Positions 16,682 to 26,102 of a stretch of DNA of 64,000 bases are shown here, piece by piece. The stretch comes from Candidatus Micrarchaeota archaeon (GTDB lineage: Archaea; Micrarchaeota; Micrarchaeia; Anstonellales; J096). A program made the position numbers and the translations under genes. The notes under the pieces were generated by a model, which saw only the letters and a list, made by a program, of their open reading frames with translations, had not been told where the DNA came from and searched no databases. The stretch is taken from NCBI GenBank assembly GCA_015523325.1, contig WAKO01000003.1:77-64076 (forward strand). Direction: 5' to 3'. Numbering within the stretch: the first letter of the stretch is position 1; each line of letters starts with the position of its first letter.

Positions 16682-17292
16682 GGGATAATATGATAGTTTT
16701 AGGTAATGAGAAGGTTAAGGTTGAGGAGGTTTTGGTTAAGGAGGCTGAGATAAAAGCAAAGAAGCTTGAGAGGCCAAATGTTTTGAACGCTTTTGTTTAT
16801 AAGCTTAAGAGTGGATTTGTTGACTATGCTATTTATATAACTTTGACCTATATTGAAGAGAATGGAAGAAAAAGGCCTTTTGAGATTTTTATTAACAGTA
16901 AAGACCTAACAAGAGCTGCAGAATATGCTGTTTTAACAAGGCTTATCTCTGCAATTTTTAGAAGAAGTGAGGATCCTTCCTTTATCTTAGAGGAGCTTAA
17001 GAGCATTTATGATCCTAATGGAGGGTATTTTAAGGATGGAAAATACATTCCCTCTCTTTATGCTGAGTTGGCTGAGGTGTTGGAAGAGTTTTTTGCTGAG
17101 ATAGGCTTGATAAAAAAGAAACCAAAAAAGGAGTTAGGCCTTAACAACTTCTCCTCTCTTAAGATTGATGATTCTTTAAAGGCAGAATCCTCTCTTAAAA
17201 TTTGCCCTAAGTGTAATCAAAAGACACTAAAACTTGAGAGCGGCTGTATTACTTGCGTAAACCCTGATTGTAACTATAGCAAGTGTGATTGA
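16678..17292 (+). CDS. NrdJb / TSCPD-domain small subunit of class II RNR with C-terminal Cys cluster
   Basis: YITL...RPFEIFINS, LTRLISAIFR, CPKC...ESGCITC...C-x-YSKCD; overlaps the NrdJa stop codon. Confidence 0.88.
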   Translation: MRDNMIVLGNEKVKVEEVLVKEAEIKAKKLERPNVLNAFVYKLKSGFVDYAIYITLTYIEENGRKRPFEIFINSKDLTRAAEYAVLTRLISAIFRRSEDPSFILEELKSIYDPNGGYFKDGKYIPSLYAELAEVLEEFFAEIGLIKKKPKKELGLNNFSSLKIDDSLKAESSLKICPKCNQKTLKLESGCITCVNPDCNYSKCD

Positions 17293-17365
17293 GTAAATGA
17301 TTTAAGGGGTAAGATTAAGGGATAGGAGTTAAATTAATCCCTATTTTATTAATTCCTTTTTTATT

Positions 17366-17785
17366 TTATATTTTCAAGCTCTCTCTAAAAGCCTTTGTTA
17401 ATGCCCTTCTCTTTGCCTTTCTTTCAATAAAGAGGAGAAGGTTAACAAAGCTAGAGATATTGAAGGATTTCCTAAGCCTTATTAATATATACTTTGATCT
17501 TATTTTTTCTTTTATTACATCCATAAAGAAAAACCCTTCTTTTACTTCCTCTCTTATATTTTTTGGAAAATAGGAGAGAAGAAATTCTATATTTCTGTTT
17601 ACCAGGCTTAAAGTAATTAAAAGGCTAAACGCATAGGAAAAATAGTAGGGAAAATAGAAAATTCCTTTAACTAAGGAGGGAAAGATAGCTAAAATAAGTG
17701 AGAGATTTAAGTGCCTCTCATAATTTCCTCTCTTTTTCTCTTCAAGAATAGCAAGCAAAAGCAAAAGAGCTGGGAATAATTCCAA
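17366..17785 (-). CDS. Membrane protein, possibly a reduced EcfT (CbiQ-like) component
   Basis: TM segments followed by FFFMDVIKEKIRSKYILIRLR and FIERKAKRRALTKAFR, which resemble the two EcfT coupling helices ending in Arg. Confidence 0.35.
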   Translation of the reverse strand: MELFPALLLLLAILEEKKRGNYERHLNLSLILAIFPSLVKGIFYFPYYFSYAFSLLITLSLVNRNIEFLLSYFPKNIREEVKEGFFFMDVIKEKIRSKYILIRLRKSFNISSFVNLLLFIERKAKRRALTKAFRESLKI

Positions 17786-17843
17786 AGGTATAAAAGGAAA
17801 TATTAAAATAAGGGCTAGAGGAAGTGCTTTAAGGACCTTTATT

Positions 17844-18626
17844 TTAATTACCTCCTCTTCTTTTTCTTCCTTCCTCTCTTATAGCTTTGAGGAGGGCTTC
17901 AATCTTCCTCTTTGAATTATCTTCTTCAAACGCAGTCCCTATCTGCAAAATATCTGCCCCTGCTTTTACAGCATTTTTAGCTTGTTCAGGGGTTTTTATT
18001 CCTCCTGCAACAATATAAGGAAGGTTAATGCTTTTCCTAACCTCTCTTATAAATTCAGGAGGAATAGGCCCCAAACTTGGGTTACTTCCAGCATCATTTA
18101 TGTAAAGTTTAAATCCTATTATCTCTGCCACTTCTCCAAAATAAGCAGCTATTTTTGCTTTATTCCTTGGGATTAAATCTACGTCCCCAACCCATCCTAC
18201 AGTTCCTCCGGGCTCTACAACAACATAGGCTGTGCTTAGGGGCTCTACCCCTATCCTTTTTATGTAGGAAGCAGCCAACATTTGTGCTCTTGTTATCCAA
18301 TAAGGATTTCTTGAGTTTAGTAAGCTCATAAAATATATGGCATCAGCATATTTGCTAACTGTCCCTATATTTCCGGGAAAAAGAACGATAGGAAGGCTTA
18401 CTTCTTGTTTTATACTTTTTATAACATTGTCTAAAAATTCTCCTTGAACCCCTGTGGAGCCTCCAACTAATATTAAATCTCCTCCTACTTCCTCAACGTT
18501 TTTTGTTGTTTTTATTATCTCCTCAATTCCTTTATGGTCTAGAGGATCTATTAGAGAAAAGAGAAGAGCTCCTTTTTTTTCTAAGCTTTCTAAGATATAA
18601 TTGTAAATTCTTTCTTGGTTTTTCAT
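17844..18626 (-). CDS. Geranylgeranylglyceryl phosphate (GGGP) synthase
   Basis: LIDP, ILVGGSTG, LFPG, FMSLLNSRNPYWI, DAGS and AGGIK motifs. Confidence 0.93.
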   Translation of the reverse strand: MKNQERIYNYILESLEKKGALLFSLIDPLDHKGIEEIIKTTKNVEEVGGDLILVGGSTGVQGEFLDNVIKSIKQEVSLPIVLFPGNIGTVSKYADAIYFMSLLNSRNPYWITRAQMLAASYIKRIGVEPLSTAYVVVEPGGTVGWVGDVDLIPRNKAKIAAYFGEVAEIIGFKLYINDAGSNPSLGPIPPEFIREVRKSINLPYIVAGGIKTPEQAKNAVKAGADILQIGTAFEEDNSKRKIEALLKAIREEGRKRRGGN

Positions 18627-18771
18627 GTTTCCCTCTCATTTCAGCTTTTATTTTTATTGTGAATCTATCCTTATTGTGTTTATTTTGTGTATACAATACT
18701 TTAAATTAGTTACTTTTTATGATTATACTAATTATCAACCTTATAAATGAGAGTTATTGAGGAGAATGGTT

Positions 18772-21700
18772 ATGCAAATCCTTTCTTTTTTTAATCTTAA
18801 TGGAGAGAAAGCAAGCATTAATTCCAGCTTATTTTACATTTTTCTTTTCTCTTTATATTTGCTTTTAATCTCTCCTTCTTTTTCCCTAATTTTGACTACT
18901 TGCTCAAACATAAGCTATTCTGGAAATTATTCTCTTGGTCAAAATATCAGTATTTCTCTAAACTCTTCTCAAGCTTGTTTTAGCATAGAAGCTCCCAATG
19001 TTTATTTTGATTGTAACGGCAATTCAGTAACCAGTACTTCTCCTTATTCTGGTTTTGCTTTCTCTTTATTAAATGTTTCTAATGTAACACTAAAGAATTG
19101 TAGAGCTTCTTTATTCAATGCATCCTTAATTTTAATCAACTCATCTTCCAATTACCTTTCTGCAAATTCTTTAATAAACAATACTTATGGACTTTATTTT
19201 TCTTCCTCTCCATTTAATCAAGTTAATGACACTAATTCTTCTCTTAATTCCATAGGGATTTTTCTTGATTCTTCTTCCCCCTCAAACCTAATCTTCAATA
19301 ACTTTTTTTCAAATACAATTAATGTTCAAGCAAATTCAGCCTCTTTTTGGAATACTTCGAAAGTAATATCAAAGAATATTCTAGGAGGGGCTTTTATAGG
19401 AGGAAACTTTTACTCCAATTACTCAGGATTTGATGGAGATGGGGATGGAATAGGGGAGAGCCCTTACTTATTTAATAATGGTGTTGATTTCCTTCCATTA
19501 ACAACAAACCTTTCCTTAAATAATTGTTTTTATGCTGGTTATGATAATTTTGTTTATAACATAAATTTTTCAATGAACTTGAATAAATCTGATGGAGCTT
19601 GTATAACTGTTTTGGGAGAGAATGTAAGCATTTATTGTAATGGTTTTGATTTGGTTGGAAATGCTTTGGAGAGTGAGCAATTAAAAGGGATTCTAGTTTT
19701 ATCAAATAATTTTAGTCTTTTTGATTGTTCTGTAATAAATTACTCCTATGGTTTATTTGCTGAGAATGTTTCTTCTCTTAGAGTGGAAAATTCAAGCTTC
19801 TTTAATAGCTCTTTTGGGATTTATCTCTATAATGTTAGCAATTCTTTATTAGAGAACAATTCCTTAATTGGTTTTTATCAAGACTATGTTGGGGACCAAG
19901 ATTATTCTATATTTTCTTTCGCTTCAAGCTTTGAAAGTAGTAACGTGATAAACTCTTCTTTTATTGGTATCTATGCTAATTCTTCTTCCATATCTTCAAA
20001 GGACATATTCTATAATTGTAGCTCTTCTTGTTTTATTTTAGTTAATTCAACAGCAAATTTGTCATCTTTTTCCTATTCCTCAACAACCTATGCTAATTTT
20101 AGTTCTTCAAATATAACCTTGAGAGATTTTGCTGTTGGTTTTTCTAATGAGTTTGGAATCATAAATTGGTCTTATGTTGGACTTTCTCAACTTTTGCTTC
20201 AAGAAGGAAAGAATATAAGGTTAGAAAGGGATTTTGTTTCACTTAACTCCTCTGATCCTTTAGCTTCTCCTCTAAACAAATCTGCAAATGTTACTCTCTT
20301 TATAGAGTATTGCACTTACGATATTTATAAAAAAGTTGGATTTCCTCTCTACAAATTAGATGTTTTGGAAAATGGAAGTGTTTATGAAGATGTTCCTTCT
20401 TGTGCTTTTAACAAAGCTAGGTTTGAGGCGGATTCTTTTTCTGGATTTGCTGCAGGAGTTTCTTTAAACAGTTGGTGGAATTGCTCATTTGCTTATAGGA
20501 TAGTTTATGAAATTAATAATAGCTTTGCAAACGTTTCTGGGGCTATTTTAAGTATTTATATAAACCACTCTATTTATCCTTCTTATTTATTCAAAGAAAA
20601 CGGAGAGGATATAAGGGTTGTTGACAAAAACCTCCAAGAAGTTCCTTTTTATATCTCCTACTTTAATGTTAATTCAACAACGCTGATTTATGCAAAGATT
20701 AACACTACCTTTAATTCTACTGAATATTTGTATGTATATTTTGGAAATGAGGAAGCTTCTTCAAAAAGCAACTTAAGTGCTGTTTTTGATTCTGTTCTGG
20801 AAGTAGGAAGAATAATTTTACCAGCACAAACCTATGCAGGGCAATGGGTGTTGAATGTTAGCTTTAACAATACAATACAAAACCCAGTTCTTGTTTTAGG
20901 TCCAGACGTAACCTATTCTGGAGTTCAAGAGTTTTATCCAAGGGTGAGAAACTTAACTCCTTATGGTTTTGAAATAAGACAACAAGAGCCTTCAAATAGG
21001 GATGACATACATATTAGTGAAACCCTCTATTATTTTGCAATGCCTCAGGGAGTGTATTTAACTGAAGATGGAAAGTTAATTGAGGGAAGAACTCAAATAC
21101 TTTCTATAGCAAAGAATGGTAGGGGGCAACCTCCAACAACTTCCTTAATTTATTTCACTTTACCTTTAAATAACCCTATTGTTGTTTCCTCAGTTGTTGA
21201 TTTTTCTTCTACAAACTATGTGCATACTAGGCAAAGAAACATACAAAGCACTTCCTTTGAACTTTATTTGGAGCCTGAAGAAAATCAAAATGCTGGTTCA
21301 GTTTCCCCAAGCCTAGTCAGTTGGATTGCATTAGAGAATTCTTCAGGAAGTTGGGATGGAAAGCTTTATGAAACCTCTCTTCTCACAACAAACCAGAACT
21401 TTGGAGTGTTAAGCTTTTTGAATAATTATAGCTATCCAGCAGTAGTTGCCAGTATGCAAACATTGAATGGAGGTGATTCAGCGGTTTTGAGGGGAAGAAA
21501 CTTACAAAGCAATTCTGTTGAATTAAGAGTTCAAGAAGATACAACTAGAGATGCAGAAACAAACCATGTTAATGAGGTTATAGGGGTTTTTGTTTTTGAA
21601 GAAGGTGTTTATCCTCTAAGACCTTACACTCCAAACATATCTATAAATGAATCATTTGCAAATATAACTAAGAGGGTTAACCTAACCTATCCAAATACCG

Positions 21701-24700
21701 GTCTTAAAGTTGATAAAGGGGAGGAGTTTACTGTTTCCTGTGAAATAAAAGCTAATGAATGTTTTGGTTGTTCAACATCTGGGTTTACTTATCTACAATT
21801 CTTTAATGGAAGTGATTGGATAACAGCAAATTCAACAACCTTACTTTCAACCCCCCTCAATGGAATTTCAACAACTCTTTCCTGTCCTTCTAGCCAAACA
21901 GTGAACTTTACGGCAAAAATAAATGAGTTGAATCAAACACTTAGGATTAGGTGTTTAACTACTTCCTCCTCAAATGCTAGTTATAGGTCAAACCAAGTTG
22001 TTGTTATAGCCCCTTACTATGAAATTGAGATAACAAACCCTGAAAACTATGAGATAGTTTACAAAGGCTCTTCTGTTCCAATAAATGTTAAAGAGTTATT
22101 TGGAAAGGACGATATAATTTATGTTAATATTTCAATAGATGGGGTTAACTACACAGCAATAGAAATATTCCCTGATGTTTGGGAGTATGTTTGGAACATT
22201 CCTCCAACACAACCAGAGGGTTTTGTTAAAATAATTGCTTATGCTTTCAACTCCACCTCTTTAGTAGCTACAAAAGAAATAGAGGTTTATGTTAGAGAAC
22301 AAGTTGTTTGTGAGTGGGTTAATACAACTTTTAAGTATAAAATAGCTGCTTTAATAAGAAATACTGAGAACTATGATATTGGAGAGGTTATGGTTCCTCT
22401 AACCTTGAAAGATTTGAACTTTTCTCTCTTCCAACCTAATGGAGAAGACCTCTACATTGTTGATTTAAATAATAATGAGATTCCATTTTGGATAGAGCAA
22501 TGGAACTTTAACAACCAAAGCATAGTTTGGGTAAGGCTTAACTTTACAGGAGGAGAGACTAAGATAATAAATATTTATTTTGGAAATGAAAGTGGAGTAG
22601 TTCCTTTAAGCAATAGAACCAACACATTCTTCAGACCTTTTGGAAAGCCCTATTATGTTGCTTTTCATGCTTCTCTTTCTGGGGCTCTAAACCTAACAAG
22701 CTATGTTGACAACAACTATTTGGTTAGTAGCTCATTAAATCAAATTGTGAATGAAAAGCAAGTTGTTGCAACTTCTTTCAATAAAGGGGAGTTAATAAAC
22801 TCCACTTATCCTATTGCTTCAACAATAACCCAAAACGCTGGGGATAGTGTTATTCCTATTGCCTTTGCAGGAACGACTTTTGTTTATCCATTTGGGGCTA
22901 GGACAGGAAGTACAGATAGCTTTTCCTTTTATGCTGTGTTTAATGACTCTTTTGTAGAGGTTTTTAGTGATGGAACTTTGGTTAATTCTGTTAATGTTCC
23001 TCAAGGCAGTTGGGTAACAATAACTGCTGATATTGCAAATAATCAAAATGCTATAATAAAGGCCTCTTCCCCAATCATTGCTTATCATGACGGAGGGAAT
23101 AGGGATTCAGTAATAATGGTTCCAGCATCTACTGAGCTCTATGGAATCTCCTCCTCTGCCTTTGTTTCAGCTCTTCAAGACAACACTTTGGTTACTATTT
23201 ATGATAGCAGTGGAGCTGTTTATTCAACAATTCTTTCTTCAAATGGATTCTTTAATATTGGAGGAGGAGGTTCTCAAGGAACAGGGGTTGCAGTTAGGCT
23301 TGTTGCAGACAAACCTATAGGAGCTATTCAAAGAGCTGATGGGGATGGAGTGGAGGAGAGCACCTTTCTCCCTCTTTCTGAGCTTGATAACTATTATGTG
23401 CTTCCAACAACTGCTGAATATGTAGCAATAGCCTGTCCTTATCCAACAGCAATTGACATTTACTCCCCTTCAGGGGTTTTAATAACCACCTTAAATTGTA
23501 ATGCTCTTCCCCCAAACCCTGGGAAAGCCTATTATTCAGCAACAAACCTTGTTGCAGGGACTTCCTTAAATTCCTCTTTGCCTTTCTATTTGTATTATGA
23601 GAGCATCCATCCAGGGGAGAATTCAGGAGGAGAAACAAATATTCTCTCCTTTAAGCAATTTAGAGGTTACACCTCTCCTTTAGCTGTTTATGTTGGAAAA
23701 GTTGAAAACAGAACTTCTGATTTGGAGGTGTTGCCTTTTATTCTCCCTACAGAAAAGAAAGAATTTGAGGATATAAACTTTTCTTCTATAATAGTTAATA
23801 ATAGAGTAGCCACCCCTTCTCCATTCAACGTTTCCTTTATTGTTGAATTCAATTCAATTAATTACACAATAGATAAGGTTGAGGTCCCTTCTTTAGCTTG
23901 TGGAGCTAATGTTTCCTTAAACTTCTCTCTCAACCATTCTAATTTGGCAGGAGGAGTTGGAATAAAGAAGCTAATAGTTTTTGCTGATGAGGATAATGTT
24001 GTTAATGAAGTTGATGAAAATAACAATATTTATTCCAGAGATGTTTCCTATTCAAAAGCTCTTTTGACAACTTGTAGGAATGCCTTGGCCGTGAATAGAA
24101 ATATAACTAAGGGAGCTATTTTAACTTTAAGAGCTATTGATGATTCTATTTATCCAATTTACAATGTTTCTTTGAGCTATTCCCCTAGCTCTCCTCCTCT
24201 TCCTTCTAGTTGTGTTTTATTTTCCCCTTCTTTCTTCTCTTCAATTCCAGCTTTAGGTTATTATAATTATTCCTTTATCGTTAACGTTTCTTGTGCTCCT
24301 ATTGGAACTAGCTTAGGATTAATAAAGTTGGATGGATTAGATTATTATCAAGACCACAACCTTTCTCAGGAGGTTTGCCAAATATCCTTAACAAAAGATT
24401 CAAATGGAGTTGTTGTTGGATCTAGCCTAATAGATTTCTCTGTTGTTGAGCCATTCTCTTATAATCAAATTAATTTCACAATTCAAAACAACGATGAGGG
24501 AAACATAACTAACTTATCCTTTACTTTCTCCAACATGCTAGCTAATCCTTCCTCGAACATTATTCCTTCCTCTTCTCTCTCCTACATTTCTGTTTTACCT
24601 ATTGAGAATGGCTCTTCAAAAGACCAGCTTATTTCTATAAACTTATCAAACACTATGCCAGGACTTTATTTGGGAAATGCAAATTCCTCCTTTTATTTCA

Positions 24701-26016
24701 ATGATAACTACTCTTTAGTTATAGAAGCTAATTTCACAACAAGGGTTAGGGTTCCATTTATTTATGATTTAGATGGAGATGGCTCTAATGAGTGGGTTTT
24801 TGATGATAATAATAATTATAATCCTGATGCTGATAGCTTTGTTGATTATGGAGATCCAACTCCTTCAGTCTTAATTTATAACAGCACTACTCTAACCTCT
24901 TCTTCTAAAAGAGGATTCTTAATAGATACTAATGGAGATAACCTTCCAGATAAGTTTTGGGATCCTACTTTTTATGGAAATCAAAGTGGTTTGGTTACAA
25001 ATGTAAATCAAACAGATTCAAACAATGATGGTGTTTTGGATTTCTTGATAGATAATGATGGAGATGGTATTTATGAGAGGGTTTTTGATGGAAAAAGGGA
25101 TTATGAACTTCCTGATTTGGTTATGGAGGCTATAAACGTTTATCCTAAGTTTAGCTCAAAGAGGATTAACATAACAATAAATGTTACAGTAAACAATTCA
25201 GGAGGCTTTAATGCAAGTAATTTTGAAGTGGGGCTTTATGTTAATGGAAATTATATATCAAACCAATCTGTTGCATTTTTGGGGGCTGGAGATAAAATAA
25301 ACTTGACTTTCTTATATGAGAATTCTTTTAGAGGTAATTCTACTGTTCTTGTTAGGGCAGACATCTTAAATGTTATTTATGAAAGTAATGACACAAGGCA
25401 GGGTTGGAACCTCTCTAATAACCAAATAAGTGATTGGTTTTACTCCAATCTATCTCATTGGGCTTATATTTATGGAAAGATAAACACTTCTCTAATATTA
25501 TCTGATTCTACCAATGTTTTTTATAAGTGGATTTGGAATGGAACAGGAAATGTTTATGTTGTTCCTCAAAACTCTTTTCCTTCTCTCTCCTCTTTAGTTG
25601 CTTTAGGAAGAACCCCTTCTTTAACTCCTTCTCTTTCTGATTTTGATGAGTTTGATAGCTTAGTTGGGCTTTCTGGATATAGTGATAGCTCAAGAAATCT
25701 CTATACAATTGGGGATGGTTCAACACCAAAGGAAACTCTAAATATTACTTTCTTTGATTACACCATTTATTACTCTCCAATCTATAATAGCTCTGACTAC
25801 TACACTGAATTTGTTACAGCTATAGCTTGGGATAGTAGTGATGACACAAACGGAGAATTTGATATTTCTGATAATGAAGATGTTGTATTAATATCACCTA
25901 TAAAATTAAATTCTACTGGAAGTTTTGGCGTTTATGATTATGAGATTAGAGTCCCAGAGTTTTTTGATACTTATAAAGGAGGTAGTTATGTTGAGATCTG
26001 GATGGAGATTAGATAG
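18772..26016 (+). CDS. Giant secreted surface glycoprotein (beta-helix/NosD-like, 2x DUF2341, lectin-like repeats, CARDB, DxDxDG loops)
   Basis: Signal peptide; GGNFYSNYSGFDGDGDGIGESPY; two W..YR/K..GEDI/L..PFY/WI..YFGN modules; ADEDNVVNEVDENNN and ADILNVIYESND CARDB ends; very many NxS/T sequons. Confidence 0.85.
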   Translation: MQILSFFNLNGEKASINSSLFYIFLFSLYLLLISPSFSLILTTCSNISYSGNYSLGQNISISLNSSQACFSIEAPNVYFDCNGNSVTSTSPYSGFAFSLLNVSNVTLKNCRASLFNASLILINSSSNYLSANSLINNTYGLYFSSSPFNQVNDTNSSLNSIGIFLDSSSPSNLIFNNFFSNTINVQANSASFWNTSKVISKNILGGAFIGGNFYSNYSGFDGDGDGIGESPYLFNNGVDFLPLTTNLSLNNCFYAGYDNFVYNINFSMNLNKSDGACITVLGENVSIYCNGFDLVGNALESEQLKGILVLSNNFSLFDCSVINYSYGLFAENVSSLRVENSSFFNSSFGIYLYNVSNSLLENNSLIGFYQDYVGDQDYSIFSFASSFESSNVINSSFIGIYANSSSISSKDIFYNCSSSCFILVNSTANLSSFSYSSTTYANFSSSNITLRDFAVGFSNEFGIINWSYVGLSQLLLQEGKNIRLERDFVSLNSSDPLASPLNKSANVTLFIEYCTYDIYKKVGFPLYKLDVLENGSVYEDVPSCAFNKARFEADSFSGFAAGVSLNSWWNCSFAYRIVYEINNSFANVSGAILSIYINHSIYPSYLFKENGEDIRVVDKNLQEVPFYISYFNVNSTTLIYAKINTTFNSTEYLYVYFGNEEASSKSNLSAVFDSVLEVGRIILPAQTYAGQWVLNVSFNNTIQNPVLVLGPDVTYSGVQEFYPRVRNLTPYGFEIRQQEPSNRDDIHISETLYYFAMPQGVYLTEDGKLIEGRTQILSIAKNGRGQPPTTSLIYFTLPLNNPIVVSSVVDFSSTNYVHTRQRNIQSTSFELYLEPEENQNAGSVSPSLVSWIALENSSGSWDGKLYETSLLTTNQNFGVLSFLNNYSYPAVVASMQTLNGGDSAVLRGRNLQSNSVELRVQEDTTRDAETNHVNEVIGVFVFEEGVYPLRPYTPNISINESFANITKRVNLTYPNTGLKVDKGEEFTVSCEIKANECFGCSTSGFTYLQFFNGSDWITANSTTLLSTPLNGISTTLSCPSSQTVNFTAKINELNQTLRIRCLTTSSSNASYRSNQVVVIAPYYEIEITNPENYEIVYKGSSVPINVKELFGKDDIIYVNISIDGVNYTAIEIFPDVWEYVWNIPPTQPEGFVKIIAYAFNSTSLVATKEIEVYVREQVVCEWVNTTFKYKIAALIRNTENYDIGEVMVPLTLKDLNFSLFQPNGEDLYIVDLNNNEIPFWIEQWNFNNQSIVWVRLNFTGGETKIINIYFGNESGVVPLSNRTNTFFRPFGKPYYVAFHASLSGALNLTSYVDNNYLVSSSLNQIVNEKQVVATSFNKGELINSTYPIASTITQNAGDSVIPIAFAGTTFVYPFGARTGSTDSFSFYAVFNDSFVEVFSDGTLVNSVNVPQGSWVTITADIANNQNAIIKASSPIIAYHDGGNRDSVIMVPASTELYGISSSAFVSALQDNTLVTIYDSSGAVYSTILSSNGFFNIGGGGSQGTGVAVRLVADKPIGAIQRADGDGVEESTFLPLSELDNYYVLPTTAEYVAIACPYPTAIDIYSPSGVLITTLNCNALPPNPGKAYYSATNLVAGTSLNSSLPFYLYYESIHPGENSGGETNILSFKQFRGYTSPLAVYVGKVENRTSDLEVLPFILPTEKKEFEDINFSSIIVNNRVATPSPFNVSFIVEFNSINYTIDKVEVPSLACGANVSLNFSLNHSNLAGGVGIKKLIVFADEDNVVNEVDENNNIYSRDVSYSKALLTTCRNALAVNRNITKGAILTLRAIDDSIYPIYNVSLSYSPSSPPLPSSCVLFSPSFFSSIPALGYYNYSFIVNVSCAPIGTSLGLIKLDGLDYYQDHNLSQEVCQISLTKDSNGVVVGSSLIDFSVVEPFSYNQINFTIQNNDEGNITNLSFTFSNMLANPSSNIIPSSSLSYISVLPIENGSSKDQLISINLSNTMPGLYLGNANSSFYFNDNYSLVIEANFTTRVRVPFIYDLDGDGSNEWVFDDNNNYNPDADSFVDYGDPTPSVLIYNSTTLTSSSKRGFLIDTNGDNLPDKFWDPTFYGNQSGLVTNVNQTDSNNDGVLDFLIDNDGDGIYERVFDGKRDYELPDLVMEAINVYPKFSSKRINITINVTVNNSGGFNASNFEVGLYVNGNYISNQSVAFLGAGDKINLTFLYENSFRGNSTVLVRADILNVIYESNDTRQGWNLSNNQISDWFYSNLSHWAYIYGKINTSLILSDSTNVFYKWIWNGTGNVYVVPQNSFPSLSSLVALGRTPSLTPSLSDFDEFDSLVGLSGYSDSSRNLYTIGDGSTPKETLNITFFDYTIYYSPIYNSSDYYTEFVTAIAWDSSDDTNGEFDISDNEDVVLISPIKLNSTGSFGVYDYEIRVPEFFDTYKGGSYVEIWMEIR

Positions 26017-26102
26017 TAATTTAATATTACTAGTTTTTAAACTTTCCCGTATTAAAAATTTCTATAAATTAAATTAAAATTATTAGAGAGAGGTAAACGG
26101 AA

